Shown here: piece after piece, positions 1 through 10,357 of the stretch
Layout: each line of letters starts with the position of its first letter
How positions within the stretch are numbered: position 1 is the first letter of the stretch
Assembly (NCBI GenBank): GCA_044226015.1
Contig: JBGAHS010000008.1
Coordinates: 96,001-160,000 of the forward strand
Reading direction: 5' to 3'
Source: Candidatus Obscuribacteraceae bacterium
GTDB taxonomy: Bacteria > Cyanobacteriota > Vampirovibrionia > Obscuribacterales > Obscuribacteraceae
Length of the DNA stretch: 64,000 bases
The notes under the pieces: generated by a model
Told to the model about the DNA's origin: nothing
The model's input: only the letters and a program-made list of their open reading frames with translations
Database searches by the model: none
Made by a program: the position numbers and the translations under genes

Positions 1-771
1 TGTTTCGTTAATGGACTTTGCTATAACAACACAACCCCCGGACCAGCAATACGAGTCGCGGAAGGCGATCAGGTGAAGATTACAGTTCAAAACGCCATGT
101 CGACACCGACGAGTCTTTATATACAAGGAATGCAATTGCCACATAAAGTCGATGGTTTACCCCGCAAAGGAAGCGGCTTAATTGGACCGGGAGAGTCTTT
201 TACCTACCAGTTTGTGGCAGGACAACCAGGTACTTATTACTATCGCCCGCACGTCCCCCACTTAGATCAGCTCCAGAAAGGTTTGGTGGGCGCATTAATA
301 GTTGAGCCCAAGCACATGCCAAAAACCTACGAGGTTGACCACGTCTTGATACTTACTCAAGCGCACTCCGGACAGATAACACGCAAACCAGCAAGCCCGA
401 ATAAGTCGAGTAATCTTTTCCTGGTGAATGGCAAATCGGCTCAGGCAATCGCACCTATGGAAGTTAAAAACGGTGAGCGCGTAAGACTTCGGGTCATCAA
501 CGCAAGTCCGGAATCATGTACTTTCACGTTGACTGGACATAAATTGGAAATAGTTGCACAAAACGGTTCTGACTCAACAGAACCACACACCACACGCGAC
601 ACCATCACTATTAACAGTGGTGAGCGCATGGACATTGAATTCACTGCAGATAACCCTGGGGTGTGGTCGCTATCATCATTGAATGCTTCCCAAACAACTT
701 TCAATGGACAGTTTCCCGGCGGTTTCGCCATGGTGGTCCGCTATCCAGACAATATGAGATCGGGCGAATAG
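1..771 (+). CDS. Two-domain multicopper-oxidase-like (cupredoxin) protein, 5'-truncated by the window edge, with most Cu ligands lost
   Basis: Frame is open from base 1 (CFVNGLCYNNTTPGPAIRVAEGDQVKITVQN...). It has the MCO scaffold motifs PGP.IRV.EGD.V, DG, GPGESFTYQF, PGTYYY, GL.GALIVEP, GERVRLRVIN and ADNPGVW, but the His/Cys ligand motifs are replaced. Confidence 0.8.
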   Translation, partial: CFVNGLCYNNTTPGPAIRVAEGDQVKITVQNAMSTPTSLYIQGMQLPHKVDGLPRKGSGLIGPGESFTYQFVAGQPGTYYYRPHVPHLDQLQKGLVGALIVEPKHMPKTYEVDHVLILTQAHSGQITRKPASPNKSSNLFLVNGKSAQAIAPMEVKNGERVRLRVINASPESCTFTLTGHKLEIVAQNGSDSTEPHTTRDTITINSGERMDIEFTADNPGVWSLSSLNASQTTFNGQFPGGFAMVVRYPDNMRSGE

Positions 772-876
772 GAACTCGCAAACACAATCTCGCAAGCTGT
801 TCAGTGTTAGATAAATAGAATCGGGTAACCAGAGCCGCGCGATCTGAATCTCGCAATTTCTTTGTCGATCAAAGAA

Positions 877-1025
877 TTGGAATCTCGCAAGAATCGCATT
901 AGGAGCTGCCCGAATCGCGTTGGAATCTGGCAAGAATCGCATTAGGATCTCGCCGGAATCGAATCAGGATCTCGCGATAATCTATTGGATCCGCCAAAAC
1001 CGCGTCAGGACCTGGACCGAATGAT
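877..1025. repeat. Degenerate ~21-22 bp tandem repeat in a convergent intergenic region
   Basis: TTGGAATCT(C/G)GCAAGAATCGCATTAGGA occurs at 877 and 920 (43-bp period, 1 mismatch). It is followed by decaying units AGGATCTCGCCGGAATCGAATC, AGGATCTCGCGATAATCTATT and GGATCCGCCAAAACCGCGTC. AATCTCGCAA also occurs at ~786 and ~847. Confidence 0.7.
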
Positions 1026-1031
1026 GACCCG

Positions 1032-1337
1032 CTAAAGCTGGTTTCCAAGTTTTTGCAATTGCTTATTTACGCGCTCGCGACTCAGTCCAGTATGATCACA
1101 AAAAGCATTCCAGCCAACATTTATAACTTGCTCCCAATTATCTAAAAATAGCTGCTGGTTTAAGAAGCCGAGCCCCTGCTCTAGCGAATAGTCAGCTATT
1201 ACAGCTTTGGCCATATCATGTTGCACCATATGCTGAACATCGAACCATTGATTTTCAACAGCCAACTCGAAAAGTGTCTGCAAAAATTCCTGCTGCCTGT
1301 AATGCTCTTCGGCAATTTCTTTGAGTCTCTCATCCAT
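1032..1337 (-). CDS. Hypothetical protein (~101 aa, MDERLKEIAEEHY...)
   Basis: The ORF track gives 1032..1496, but that 5' extension overlaps the divergent matrixin gene. The ATG at 1337 yields a compact, globular-looking protein. Confidence 0.65.
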   Translation of the reverse strand: MDERLKEIAEEHYRQQEFLQTLFELAVENQWFDVQHMVQHDMAKAVIADYSLEQGLGFLNQQLFLDNWEQVINVGWNAFCDHTGLSRERVNKQLQKLGNQL

Positions 1338-1457
1338 CAGCGGCGTATCCGATTTAAGAGTTTGGTAGTCCAGCGCAACAGGGCATGTAACTGTTAGACT
1401 AAGCATGTGCTTACAATAAAGGTAACACAAAACCAGGAAAACGAGCAGTCTAATCCG

Positions 1458-3080
1458 ATGATTTCGAACGAGAGAGAATTGAAAACGAGCACTCAAAGTA
1501 CAAGTACGGTATCAGCAAATGCTGGCATCCACTTTGCTTGCAAGCTGGTGCCAGCCCTAATTTTGCTCGCGGCGCTTTCGATGGGAATGGTGCAGGCGCA
1601 AGACAGCTTTCAAGGAATGGTGAGCGACCTCGAAGGCATGGAGCGCCAATTACAAACGCCGAGCAATCCTGCGGCATCGCTTGTTCAACGATTGACAAAT
1701 ATGGAGATGCACCTCTTTGGCGCCCAGAAGACTGGCTCTATGATTGATAGATTGAATGCTCTAAAAGCCGCGATGCCACAACAGGGAAATCAATTCCGGA
1801 ACAGCGGGCCGATCCAAAATAGCAATCAAATTCCCAACGGTGGCAATCAATTTCAAAACGGGAATCAGAATCAGTCCAACTCTGGATTTAGTCAAAGCCA
1901 ACAATTCGCACCAGGCTCAAATCAAGAGCGTTCGTCCGGTGCAATGCCAAACAACTTCAACCATCCTAACTCCACAAATATTGAAAACAACAAATTTCAC
2001 GAGAACCTGAATGCAGGAGAGGGCTGGATACCCGGCTCAAACAACGTGACAGGTGTTAATACTTTTCATGGCGGAAGAATGGAAGCTCCGACTCCGCCGC
2101 AACAATCTTCGATGCCCAGCAACGCAATGGCACCAAATATGACACCAGCACCGGTAAAAGGATGGCAAGCTGGGGTGATGAGCAAGCAGGAGAAAAAGCA
2201 TCCGAAGCAGTCTTCATCTGGAAAACAAAGCAAGAAAGAAGATGATACTTTTCCAGCTACGGCGGACTCAAGGACAATGCCGCAAGGAGGCAATTTCCAA
2301 CCAGCTAATTTACCTCAGGGCTCGCAACCTCTCGTGTCAACTCCGCTTCCCGTACCAGGCGCTGGGTTGATAAAAAAGAACTATTCACCAGATGCACTGC
2401 CGCTGTTAAATGGATTCCCTCCCAACCTGGTGAGGATGGACCCAGACAACACGGCACTAATTGCACGACCAGATTATTATGATGAGGTGCACAAAGCAAG
2501 CAAAGGCAAGAATATAAGGTACAAGAATCTGCCGGTGCCGGTGTACATCCAGCCTTTTCCTGATAAGGCTTTTGTTAATTGCGTACTCCGAGCTTTCGAG
2601 TCCTGGGAGATGCGCACCAATGGAGTGATCAAATTCGTTCAAACAGACAACCCTAATCAGGCGAGAATACAAGTCGTTTGGAAGCACCTGGGCGGCAATC
2701 GTGATGGAAGCGGATGTTTACTTGGCGCACATACAATATTGAAATACACAAACAATGGCAACGGAAATCTCTCAATCATGAATGTCGGAGCGGTACCTGT
2801 GCCCATCTACATTCCGCGGCTTGGACCCAAATACACCGTGCCACCACAGGTAATGGAAGTCAACCTTGATTTGATCAATGTAAAAGAGCAAAGCGTTAAG
2901 TATCCCTGCTTGCAAAACATAGTTACTCACGAGCTCGGTCACGCACTGGGAATGCTAGGACATAGTCCAAATCAGACTGATATCATGTATCCAGTAACCG
3001 ATGAGCATTCCAGGCTGAGCCAGCGAGACATAAATACCGTCATCAAGTTGTACAATCAAAAGTGCGAAATGCCCCTTTAG
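1458..3080 (+). CDS. Matrixin (M10-like) metzincin metalloprotease, secreted, with Gln/Asn/Pro-rich linker
   Basis: HELGHALGMLGH zinc motif (HExxHxxGxxH-like) plus Met-turn DIMYP; signal-peptide-like LILLAALSMGMVQA. Start uncertain (ORF track 1407). Confidence 0.85.
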   Translation: MISNERELKTSTQSTSTVSANAGIHFACKLVPALILLAALSMGMVQAQDSFQGMVSDLEGMERQLQTPSNPAASLVQRLTNMEMHLFGAQKTGSMIDRLNALKAAMPQQGNQFRNSGPIQNSNQIPNGGNQFQNGNQNQSNSGFSQSQQFAPGSNQERSSGAMPNNFNHPNSTNIENNKFHENLNAGEGWIPGSNNVTGVNTFHGGRMEAPTPPQQSSMPSNAMAPNMTPAPVKGWQAGVMSKQEKKHPKQSSSGKQSKKEDDTFPATADSRTMPQGGNFQPANLPQGSQPLVSTPLPVPGAGLIKKNYSPDALPLLNGFPPNLVRMDPDNTALIARPDYYDEVHKASKGKNIRYKNLPVPVYIQPFPDKAFVNCVLRAFESWEMRTNGVIKFVQTDNPNQARIQVVWKHLGGNRDGSGCLLGAHTILKYTNNGNGNLSIMNVGAVPVPIYIPRLGPKYTVPPQVMEVNLDLINVKEQSVKYPCLQNIVTHELGHALGMLGHSPNQTDIMYPVTDEHSRLSQRDINTVIKLYNQKCEMPL

Positions 3081-3367
3081 TGTCCCACTCGCCGAAAGTC
3101 TGAAAACGAGACCTGCACTGAGCTTCGTTGATGAAAGAAGCCTAGCACTTTAAGCAGCCAAGCACTTTAAATTGACTGACCAGCCTGGTATCTGCCCATT
3201 ATCAACGGAATAGATTTGAAAAGCTCTGAAGTCAGGTGCTTTGAGCCAATGTAGACTCCAGAAGTCTGCTAAAATCTTCTCACCCTTGCGCTCACTGATT
3301 TCTTTGCTCCTAATCATTGCAATTGACTTCAGCACTTGCTCCAACGCACCGATCGAATCAGCACCAG

Positions 3368-4927
3368 ATGGACCCTACAGAAGCAAACCCTATTCATATA
3401 GATACAATGATTGCACTATTATTGGTGGCTTCGGCCACCGCAGTGATAATCAAATGGGTACGCGTTCCGTATGCAGTGGCACTCGTCATCGCGGGTCTGG
3501 CAATAGGCTTGTCGAAGGTCCTTCAACCGGTCTCCATGACTCCAGACCTCGTACTACTTATATTCCTTCCAGCTCTCCTTTTTGAAGCTTCCTGGAACCT
3601 CGACATCAAAGCACTCCGCAGAGATTGGCTCAGCATCAGTATTCTGGCAACCATTGGTGTAGCAGTCTGCATGTTTGGTGTCGCAGCAATATTACACTTC
3701 GCTGGCGGCATGAGCACAGCAACCGCACTTTTGTTCGGCGCAATGGTATCAGCAACAGACCCAGTGTCGGTAATAGCACTATTTCGGCAGATGGGCATCG
3801 ACAAACGGCTAACCATGATAATCGAAGGAGAAAGCCTTTTTAACGACGGCACAGCAGTCGTTGCTTTCAAAATAGTACTTGCGATTTTGCTTTCCGGCGC
3901 TAAATTTTCAGCACTTGGCACAGGTGGCAACTTTCTTCTAGTCGTGTTTGGTGGAGCATTCTTGGGAAGTGTCCTCGGATATATCGCCTCAAAAATAACC
4001 AGCGCTTTCGAAGATCACTTGCTCGAAATTACATTGACCATGGTGACAGCATATGGTGCTTTCTTGCTGGCAGAATATTTTCACGTGTCTCCTGTAATCG
4101 CAGTTGTCGCAGCAGGCATAGTTGTAGGCAACTACGGGAGCCGCACAGGAATGTCTGCCACCACCCGACTGGCAGTCAACTCCTTCTGGGAATACGCATC
4201 GTTTCTCGTAAACTCGCTGCTTTTTCTCTTGATTGGATTACAAATACAAACTCCATTAATCCTCAAACATGCACAGAACATAGGACTGGCAGTGTTGGCT
4301 GTGGTTGCCTCACGCATGGTAGTCGTGTACGGGCTCTGCCCGTTTATCTCATCAAAGAAGCTGCCGATTCCAGATAAGTGGCGGCACCTGATGTTCTGGG
4401 GTGGCTTGCGCGGCGCGCTCGTAATGGCACTAGCACTCAGCCTTCCCCTCAGCTTTCCAGACCGCGAAGTGATCATAAATATGACATTTGGTGTTGTGCT
4501 CTTTACCCTACTTGTACCAGGCTTGACCATGGAGCCTCTCGTAAGAGTTCTGGGCATGGCGCCAAGCAAAGAGCGACTGGGCAAGTACAAAGAAAACAAA
4601 GCAATTATCATGGCTTACGAGAACGAACTCCAGGTAATCGACAAACTCTATGATGAAAAGCGAATCTCAGAAACAGCCTTCAACAGCTGGAAAGAGCAGA
4701 TAAAGCATTCAATCGGTCGCGCCAGGCAGACTATCGATGACTTGCAAGTATCGGATGCTTCTCTGGGTGAATATCAAGATCAACAAGCAAGAATATATCT
4801 ACTTCACACACGAAGAGATAACCTTACAAAACTTGTCAAAGATGGGATTTTGCCTGAGGGCGCGGTTCACCATCTTTATCTTGATATAGACAGCGAACTG
4901 GAAGAGCTTGCCGAAGGCAGCCACTAA
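3368..4927 (+). CDS. Na+/H+ antiporter, CPA1 (NhaP-like) family
   Basis: Multi-TM protein with FLPALLFE, SATDPVSV, EGESLFNDG and GGLRGAL motifs, plus a soluble C-terminal tail. Start ATG 3368 preferred over TTG 3317. Confidence 0.92.
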   Translation: MDPTEANPIHIDTMIALLLVASATAVIIKWVRVPYAVALVIAGLAIGLSKVLQPVSMTPDLVLLIFLPALLFEASWNLDIKALRRDWLSISILATIGVAVCMFGVAAILHFAGGMSTATALLFGAMVSATDPVSVIALFRQMGIDKRLTMIIEGESLFNDGTAVVAFKIVLAILLSGAKFSALGTGGNFLLVVFGGAFLGSVLGYIASKITSAFEDHLLEITLTMVTAYGAFLLAEYFHVSPVIAVVAAGIVVGNYGSRTGMSATTRLAVNSFWEYASFLVNSLLFLLIGLQIQTPLILKHAQNIGLAVLAVVASRMVVVYGLCPFISSKKLPIPDKWRHLMFWGGLRGALVMALALSLPLSFPDREVIINMTFGVVLFTLLVPGLTMEPLVRVLGMAPSKERLGKYKENKAIIMAYENELQVIDKLYDEKRISETAFNSWKEQIKHSIGRARQTIDDLQVSDASLGEYQDQQARIYLLHTRRDNLTKLVKDGILPEGAVHHLYLDIDSELEELAEGSH

Positions 4928-5222
4928 TTCGTTATTCCGTCATATTTGAAATGCGATTTAATGGGATATCGAACGCAATCTCAAACACAAGATGCATACC
5001 TAACGGCTCTGAACCCTGGGGAGTGGACTGTTATCCTGGCGGCATCGGGATCTAAATTCTGATCACAGCGAGCTGCAAGCCCCCGCTTGAATACCCGCTT
5101 AATCCTTCACAACTCATTGAACTTGTAGCGCGAGCACTCTCCGGCTGCGATAATTACCCAAGTCGGATGGCTTCACACGACAATTAGCCAGAAGCCGACA
5201 ACCTGGAGGTCTCGACGAAGGA

Positions 5223-7676
5223 ATGAGAAAGTCAGCTTCTCTTCTGCTTTCAATGCTCTGCTGTTTCGTAATGACTCTTTTCTGTGCGGCGTATGCAAAC
5301 GCACCAATCGCCGTCGTTAAGTCGGCTAAAAATGCTGAGTCCTATCAGCAGCAAAATATAGGTACTTTCGACGAGGACTGGCAAGCATTCAAAAGAACGC
5401 TTGAATCGGCCAACCTGCGATATGACATTCTTCCAGATGCAGATCTCACGCCTTCAAAATTAAGCCAATACAAAGTACTCATTCTGCCTCTGCTCGTAGA
5501 CCTGCCTTACCAGGCAGTCGAATCGATTCAGCAGTTCACCAGCAATGGTGGCAAAATTTTGGTCACTGATGGCGGTGGCGCACTTTCGAAAAACGCAGCC
5601 CTAGTAGACTCAATTGCAGGAGTCACAATAAACAACCATAACGCGACGCAAGACCCTCAGCAACTGCAATGGCGCAGCGGTAAGAACTTTAATCAAGACT
5701 TTGCCGTTGGAACTTTGGTTGCAGAAGCTACGGCAAACAGTGATGCAAACGTTCTTGCTAATTGGACTGATTCGGCAGGCAAGACGGTTGGACCAGCAAT
5801 TACAAAATCAGCCGGTAATATCTTCCTGGGGTGGGCACCCGGACTTCAGGGCGAGACAAGTACCAACGCAACCATTCTGACGATGGTTCTTGATGAAGCG
5901 TCTCCGGGGTTGAGCAAAGCAGCCACAATCCAAATAAGTTCCAACGATTATCAAAAGCTGCAAGATGATCTAGATTCACTTATCAAACGAACGGATGATG
6001 CCATTGCAACGGCACGCCAAGCTGATTTGAATGTGCCGATGCCTGATATCAAAAGACATTACGAGCAAGCGTTGATACATGCCCGTGCGTTCAGAGATTT
6101 TTATTCGCAACGAAAATCATTCGAAGCAGATGGTGAACTGAATGCTGCCAGAAAAGAACTTTCGATAGCATTTGCGGAATCGATGCCTGTAAGAGCAGTC
6201 GAGTCGCGTTCTATCTGGCTTGATAGAGGAACAATCGTTTCCTGCCAGAATCAACTTGGTATGGCGGCTCTGTTCAGCAAACTGAAAAAGGCTGGAATAA
6301 ACGTTGTGTATTTTGAAACCAATAATGCAGGTTTCACTATGTTCCCCTCAAAAGTGTCTGTGCAGAACCCACAGACAACGTCATGGAACCCGCTTGCTGC
6401 AGCCATTGCCGAAGCACACAAACGTGGCATGGAAATTCATGCGTGGTTCTGGACTTTTAATGTAGGCAACACATTTCATAATCCAATAATAAATCAAGAT
6501 GCTGATTACCCCGGACCAGTGCTCAGCACGCACGATTTTTCATGGGCATTAGCGTCCCAAACAGGTTCACTTGTACCGCCCAAGCAACATGAATTCTGGA
6601 TTGACCCCAGCGGTGAGGAAGGGCGAAAATTCATCAAAGATTTGATTACTGAAGTAGTAAAAACCTATCCTGTAGACGGCATCCAGCTAGATTACATTCG
6701 CTATCCCTTCAATGGAAAGGGCGGCGAAATGGGCTACGACTTCCTTGGCAGAGTGAAGTTTGAACGAGACACACATTTGAGTCTTGACCGAATGGATGAG
6801 AAAACTCGCAAAGCCTGGATTGCATGGAAAGCAAACAATGTAAGTACTTTAGTACAAGATGTATCAAAAACAGTCCGAGGAATTAATCCCGCAATCAAGA
6901 TTTCATGCGCTGTGTATGCGATGCCACGAGATCAGCGCATGAATCTGATTCAACAAGATTGGGAACTCTGGGTTGCCAACGGATGGATCGATACTCTCAA
7001 CCCAATGACATACGTCACAAAAGGAATGGAATTGCAGAAGATGGCTGGTTATGTGAAAACCAGCATCGACAACAAAGCCATGGTTTTGCCGGGCTTGTTT
7101 ATTAAGGACCTTGATACTGCGGGATTCGTGGAACAGCTCGATATATCGAGGAATTTAGGAACACTAGGAAACACGATGTTTGCAGCAGCGCAGCTTGATG
7201 ATAACAAGACAAACGTTTTGCAAATTGGACCCTACCGCAAGTCACCGCTGATGACACCAACATCTGACCCGATTAGAGCAGCGACGCTAATCTTCGACAG
7301 CTTTGCTCGCAGCATCAGCCGCTATGTGCAAGACCCTGAACGACCAATAGTTTCGGACCGTGCTTCTACTAATGAAATTCTAACACAGACTGAGTCTATT
7401 CAAAGAACTCTACATGCTATGCGACCAGATGCCGATGCAACTCAGATTGCTTCGATATCGAACTCGCTTAATGCTCTAAATTCATCAGTCAAAGATTGGC
7501 TTGCGATAGAAGCCTTCGCAAAGCGAGCACCAAGAGCAAACTACATTAGCACAACTATAGATCAAGCAAACTATATTTTGACCTATGCTGCTCACAAATC
7601 GAAAATGCGCATAAAATCTACGGCCGAAAATGGTGCAAAATCTTCAGCTTCGAATAAAGAATCTCAAAAAGGGTAA
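5223..7676 (+). CDS. Glycosyl hydrolase-like 10 (GHL10/DUF187) protein with N-terminal GATase-like/trimerisation domain, secreted
   Basis: Signal peptide; motifs ESRSIWLDRG, AHKRGMEIHAW, YPVDGIQLDYIRYP, QDWELW..NGWID and PMTY are typical of cyanobacterial-type family-10-like glycoside hydrolases. Confidence 0.85.
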   Translation: MRKSASLLLSMLCCFVMTLFCAAYANAPIAVVKSAKNAESYQQQNIGTFDEDWQAFKRTLESANLRYDILPDADLTPSKLSQYKVLILPLLVDLPYQAVESIQQFTSNGGKILVTDGGGALSKNAALVDSIAGVTINNHNATQDPQQLQWRSGKNFNQDFAVGTLVAEATANSDANVLANWTDSAGKTVGPAITKSAGNIFLGWAPGLQGETSTNATILTMVLDEASPGLSKAATIQISSNDYQKLQDDLDSLIKRTDDAIATARQADLNVPMPDIKRHYEQALIHARAFRDFYSQRKSFEADGELNAARKELSIAFAESMPVRAVESRSIWLDRGTIVSCQNQLGMAALFSKLKKAGINVVYFETNNAGFTMFPSKVSVQNPQTTSWNPLAAAIAEAHKRGMEIHAWFWTFNVGNTFHNPIINQDADYPGPVLSTHDFSWALASQTGSLVPPKQHEFWIDPSGEEGRKFIKDLITEVVKTYPVDGIQLDYIRYPFNGKGGEMGYDFLGRVKFERDTHLSLDRMDEKTRKAWIAWKANNVSTLVQDVSKTVRGINPAIKISCAVYAMPRDQRMNLIQQDWELWVANGWIDTLNPMTYVTKGMELQKMAGYVKTSIDNKAMVLPGLFIKDLDTAGFVEQLDISRNLGTLGNTMFAAAQLDDNKTNVLQIGPYRKSPLMTPTSDPIRAATLIFDSFARSISRYVQDPERPIVSDRASTNEILTQTESIQRTLHAMRPDADATQIASISNSLNALNSSVKDWLAIEAFAKRAPRANYISTTIDQANYILTYAAHKSKMRIKSTAENGAKSSASNKESQKG

Positions 7677-7739
7677 GTTGATCCTCGGAATCAAGATGGT
7701 GACGAAAATAGCAAGTTCTAAGCAATAATACGAGGCAAC

Positions 7740-10256
7740 GTGTCGCAAGATAAGCGATCAAAATTACTGCCACCGGGCTTTTTAATCGACGACAAATTCG
7801 AAATCGTCAGTCTCATCGGCAGTGGTGGCACAAGCGATGTTTATAAGGCACGCCACCGTCTCTTAGATAGTTTCGTCGCGATAAAAGTTATTCACAAGGA
7901 CCTTACTGATTCAAAAACCGCGGGAATTCGATTCCAACGAGAAGCTTCTGTTCTAAATTCTCTTCAGCATGAAAATATCGTTCGTTTCCTTTCATTCGGT
8001 CAACTGGAAGATGGACGATATTTCATGGCTCAAGAACTGCTTCCAGGGCTGACACTGGATCAGATTTTAGCCAAAGAAAAGACCCTAGAACCCGGACGCG
8101 CTCTTAACTTAGTCAGCCAGGTGTGCCGAGGATTGCGGCTGGCACACCAAAACAACATAGTACATCGAGACATAAAGCCAGCAAACATTGCGGTCTTCGA
8201 CACGAATGAAGGAGAAACCGCAAAAATACTGGACTTCGGTATTTACAAAAACACAGAACAGAGCAAAGAACAATCTCTTACATCAACAGGACAAGTGCTG
8301 GGAACATACAAATACGCCAGCCCTGAACAATGTTGCAACAACTCCGTAACCCCGGCTTCCGATATCTATTCTCTGGGCTGCGTTTTCTATGAAATGCTCT
8401 GCGGGGCACCGCCATTCGCTGATGAGTCAGAGCTGGCTATCTTAAACAATCAGGCTTACACAGCAATAGAAAATGTACCTTCAGCAATACCTATTTCGAA
8501 TCAACTCAAGAAAATTTTGCTGAAGTGCTTAAAGAAAACGCCAGATGAGCGATATCAAAATGCAGAAGAACTAGATTTTGCTCTGAGACAGGCGGACTTG
8601 CGAAAGCCTATATCTGAATATTTGCGCTTAGCCTTGATTTTTACGCTTATCTTGACCTTTGCTGGAGTAGTCTCAACTTACATATTGAGGCAAAATAAAA
8701 TAGAAGCAACTGCAAAAATCCCCCTATCTCTCAAACATCCAAAAACCTCGGGCAATAACTCAGCTCCAAAAATTGACGGAAAGTCACCAGAAGATATAAT
8801 CGCAATAGAAGACGAGTGGCTAGAACAACAAGCCTCGAAATGGAAGATAGAGGATGCCATCGATGCATGGTGTGCCTCAGCTAATGCACGAAAACAACGG
8901 CAAATAAAAACGCTGCCACCAGAGACACAACTAATTGAACAGAAAGCCAATGAAAAACTGCACAGAATGTTCAAGTTAAACAGTCCAAACGAACCCATAC
9001 TCAATTTCTTAGAGAAATATGTGTTCTTTTTATCCATAGCTCAAAAAAACAAGGAAGCCGAAAACTGGCTAAGCATGGTGAAAATTGAACCGGGACACTT
9101 ACAAGACAAGCGAAAAATGCTGTCCTGTTATATCATTCTTGCCAAACAGGGAGCACCTGATCTGAATCTCGAGAACCTTCTCCTGGAACGTCTTGCGCTC
9201 GTAAAACACATTCCATTTGCCACGTGGGATGATTACCAGGAACTTGCAGATTGCGCAAAGAAAAAAGGGGATTTAAGCAAACACCTCGAATACTTGAAAA
9301 AATCGGTGGAAGCTTGTTTTAGCAGCAGACTAGTCGAAGAGCACCATGATCTACGCGCGAAACGCCTTGCATCAAGCTTGCAACTAGCTAAGGCGAATTT
9401 CGAGGCTGGAAATAAGAATGAAGCAAGAAAAGCAATTCAGCAATTTGAAGAGAGCGTTCCAACAACCTGCAAAACCAACCTGCGCATCTATAACATCGAA
9501 GCTGATGCCCTGGGCAACGCAGACGAATCTGATTGGGCACCACTCCTAAAGGCAGCATTAAAATGCCATTGCCAGGAATATAAATCAGCGGCATCAGTTC
9601 TTGCAAAACATGCGTTCTACGTAGGTAAAAAAGAAAACTACGAAGGAAGTCTTGCAGACCTCAGAGCTGCAATAAAAATCTATAAAACCTGCGTCAGCAT
9701 GAATAGCAAAACACAGCAAAAAGTACCTCTGCAGATCGGCGAGAGTGAAGCAAAAAAGCAGACTGAAGACAAAATACCTTGGCTTAGTAGAACACCTACG
9801 CACCAGGTGCCCCCTGGAGAAATAATGAACAACCTTGCTCTCGCCCTCATAATGACAGGCAAGAAAGATGAAGCAAGTAAAGTCGTTGCTGCTGTAATAA
9901 ATGAGTCTCAGTACCAGCCACCGGTGAAATTGTTTGCCCGAGACATACAGATTTGCCTCAAACATGAAAATGACCCGGCAATAATGCTAGAGGAGCATCA
10001 AAAGCTTTTCGAGGAAAGTAGAACAAACATGTCCTTCGCTACAAATCAGCCATCAATAGTCGAGCACATAGTTGAAGATTTCGAGAAACTCAAGAAAATG
10101 GACGAAGCTCGAAACTTCCTTTTGAAGAACCAGGACCGGTTCTGGCTCGAATCCACTAAGGCTAGTGCACTCCAGTTGGCAAAGATAATCGAAGAACATC
10201 CTGACAACTGGCGTGATGTCGTTATTAACAACAATAAATCTCAATCACTAAAATAG
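7740..10256 (+). CDS. Hanks-type Ser/Thr protein kinase with one TM helix and a helical (TPR-like) C-terminal region
   Basis: Intact kinase motifs GSGGTSDVYKA, VAIK, HRDIKPAN, DFG, YASPE and DIYSLG; TM segment LALIFTLILTFAGVVSTYIL. Confidence 0.92.
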   Translation: MSQDKRSKLLPPGFLIDDKFEIVSLIGSGGTSDVYKARHRLLDSFVAIKVIHKDLTDSKTAGIRFQREASVLNSLQHENIVRFLSFGQLEDGRYFMAQELLPGLTLDQILAKEKTLEPGRALNLVSQVCRGLRLAHQNNIVHRDIKPANIAVFDTNEGETAKILDFGIYKNTEQSKEQSLTSTGQVLGTYKYASPEQCCNNSVTPASDIYSLGCVFYEMLCGAPPFADESELAILNNQAYTAIENVPSAIPISNQLKKILLKCLKKTPDERYQNAEELDFALRQADLRKPISEYLRLALIFTLILTFAGVVSTYILRQNKIEATAKIPLSLKHPKTSGNNSAPKIDGKSPEDIIAIEDEWLEQQASKWKIEDAIDAWCASANARKQRQIKTLPPETQLIEQKANEKLHRMFKLNSPNEPILNFLEKYVFFLSIAQKNKEAENWLSMVKIEPGHLQDKRKMLSCYIILAKQGAPDLNLENLLLERLALVKHIPFATWDDYQELADCAKKKGDLSKHLEYLKKSVEACFSSRLVEEHHDLRAKRLASSLQLAKANFEAGNKNEARKAIQQFEESVPTTCKTNLRIYNIEADALGNADESDWAPLLKAALKCHCQEYKSAASVLAKHAFYVGKKENYEGSLADLRAAIKIYKTCVSMNSKTQQKVPLQIGESEAKKQTEDKIPWLSRTPTHQVPPGEIMNNLALALIMTGKKDEASKVVAAVINESQYQPPVKLFARDIQICLKHENDPAIMLEEHQKLFEESRTNMSFATNQPSIVEHIVEDFEKLKKMDEARNFLLKNQDRFWLESTKASALQLAKIIEEHPDNWRDVVINNNKSQSLK

Positions 10257-10357
10257 GATTAGTTTCTCAGTGGTCTGCATATAGGGCTGATATCTTAAGA
10301 AGACTGTATTTCAGCCCGTTACCAGGGTCTCCCGGTGGATGGAGACGAAGGAGAAAC

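Noticed and set aside
877..1025. CRISPR array
   Set aside because: Only two near-identical 28-bp copies, separated by 15 bp that is itself repeat-like; no unique spacers and no cas genes.
5005..5055. 6S RNA-like 3' end (TGAACC...GGCGGCATCGGGA)
   Set aside because: No convincing complementary 5' arm at the expected distance, which would fall inside the antiporter CDS. An Rfam cmscan would be needed to rescue it.
10284..10346. Two hairpins in the icd leader
   Set aside because: Short stems that may just be the kinase terminator or a stability hairpin; the RBS remains free and there is no recognisable motif.
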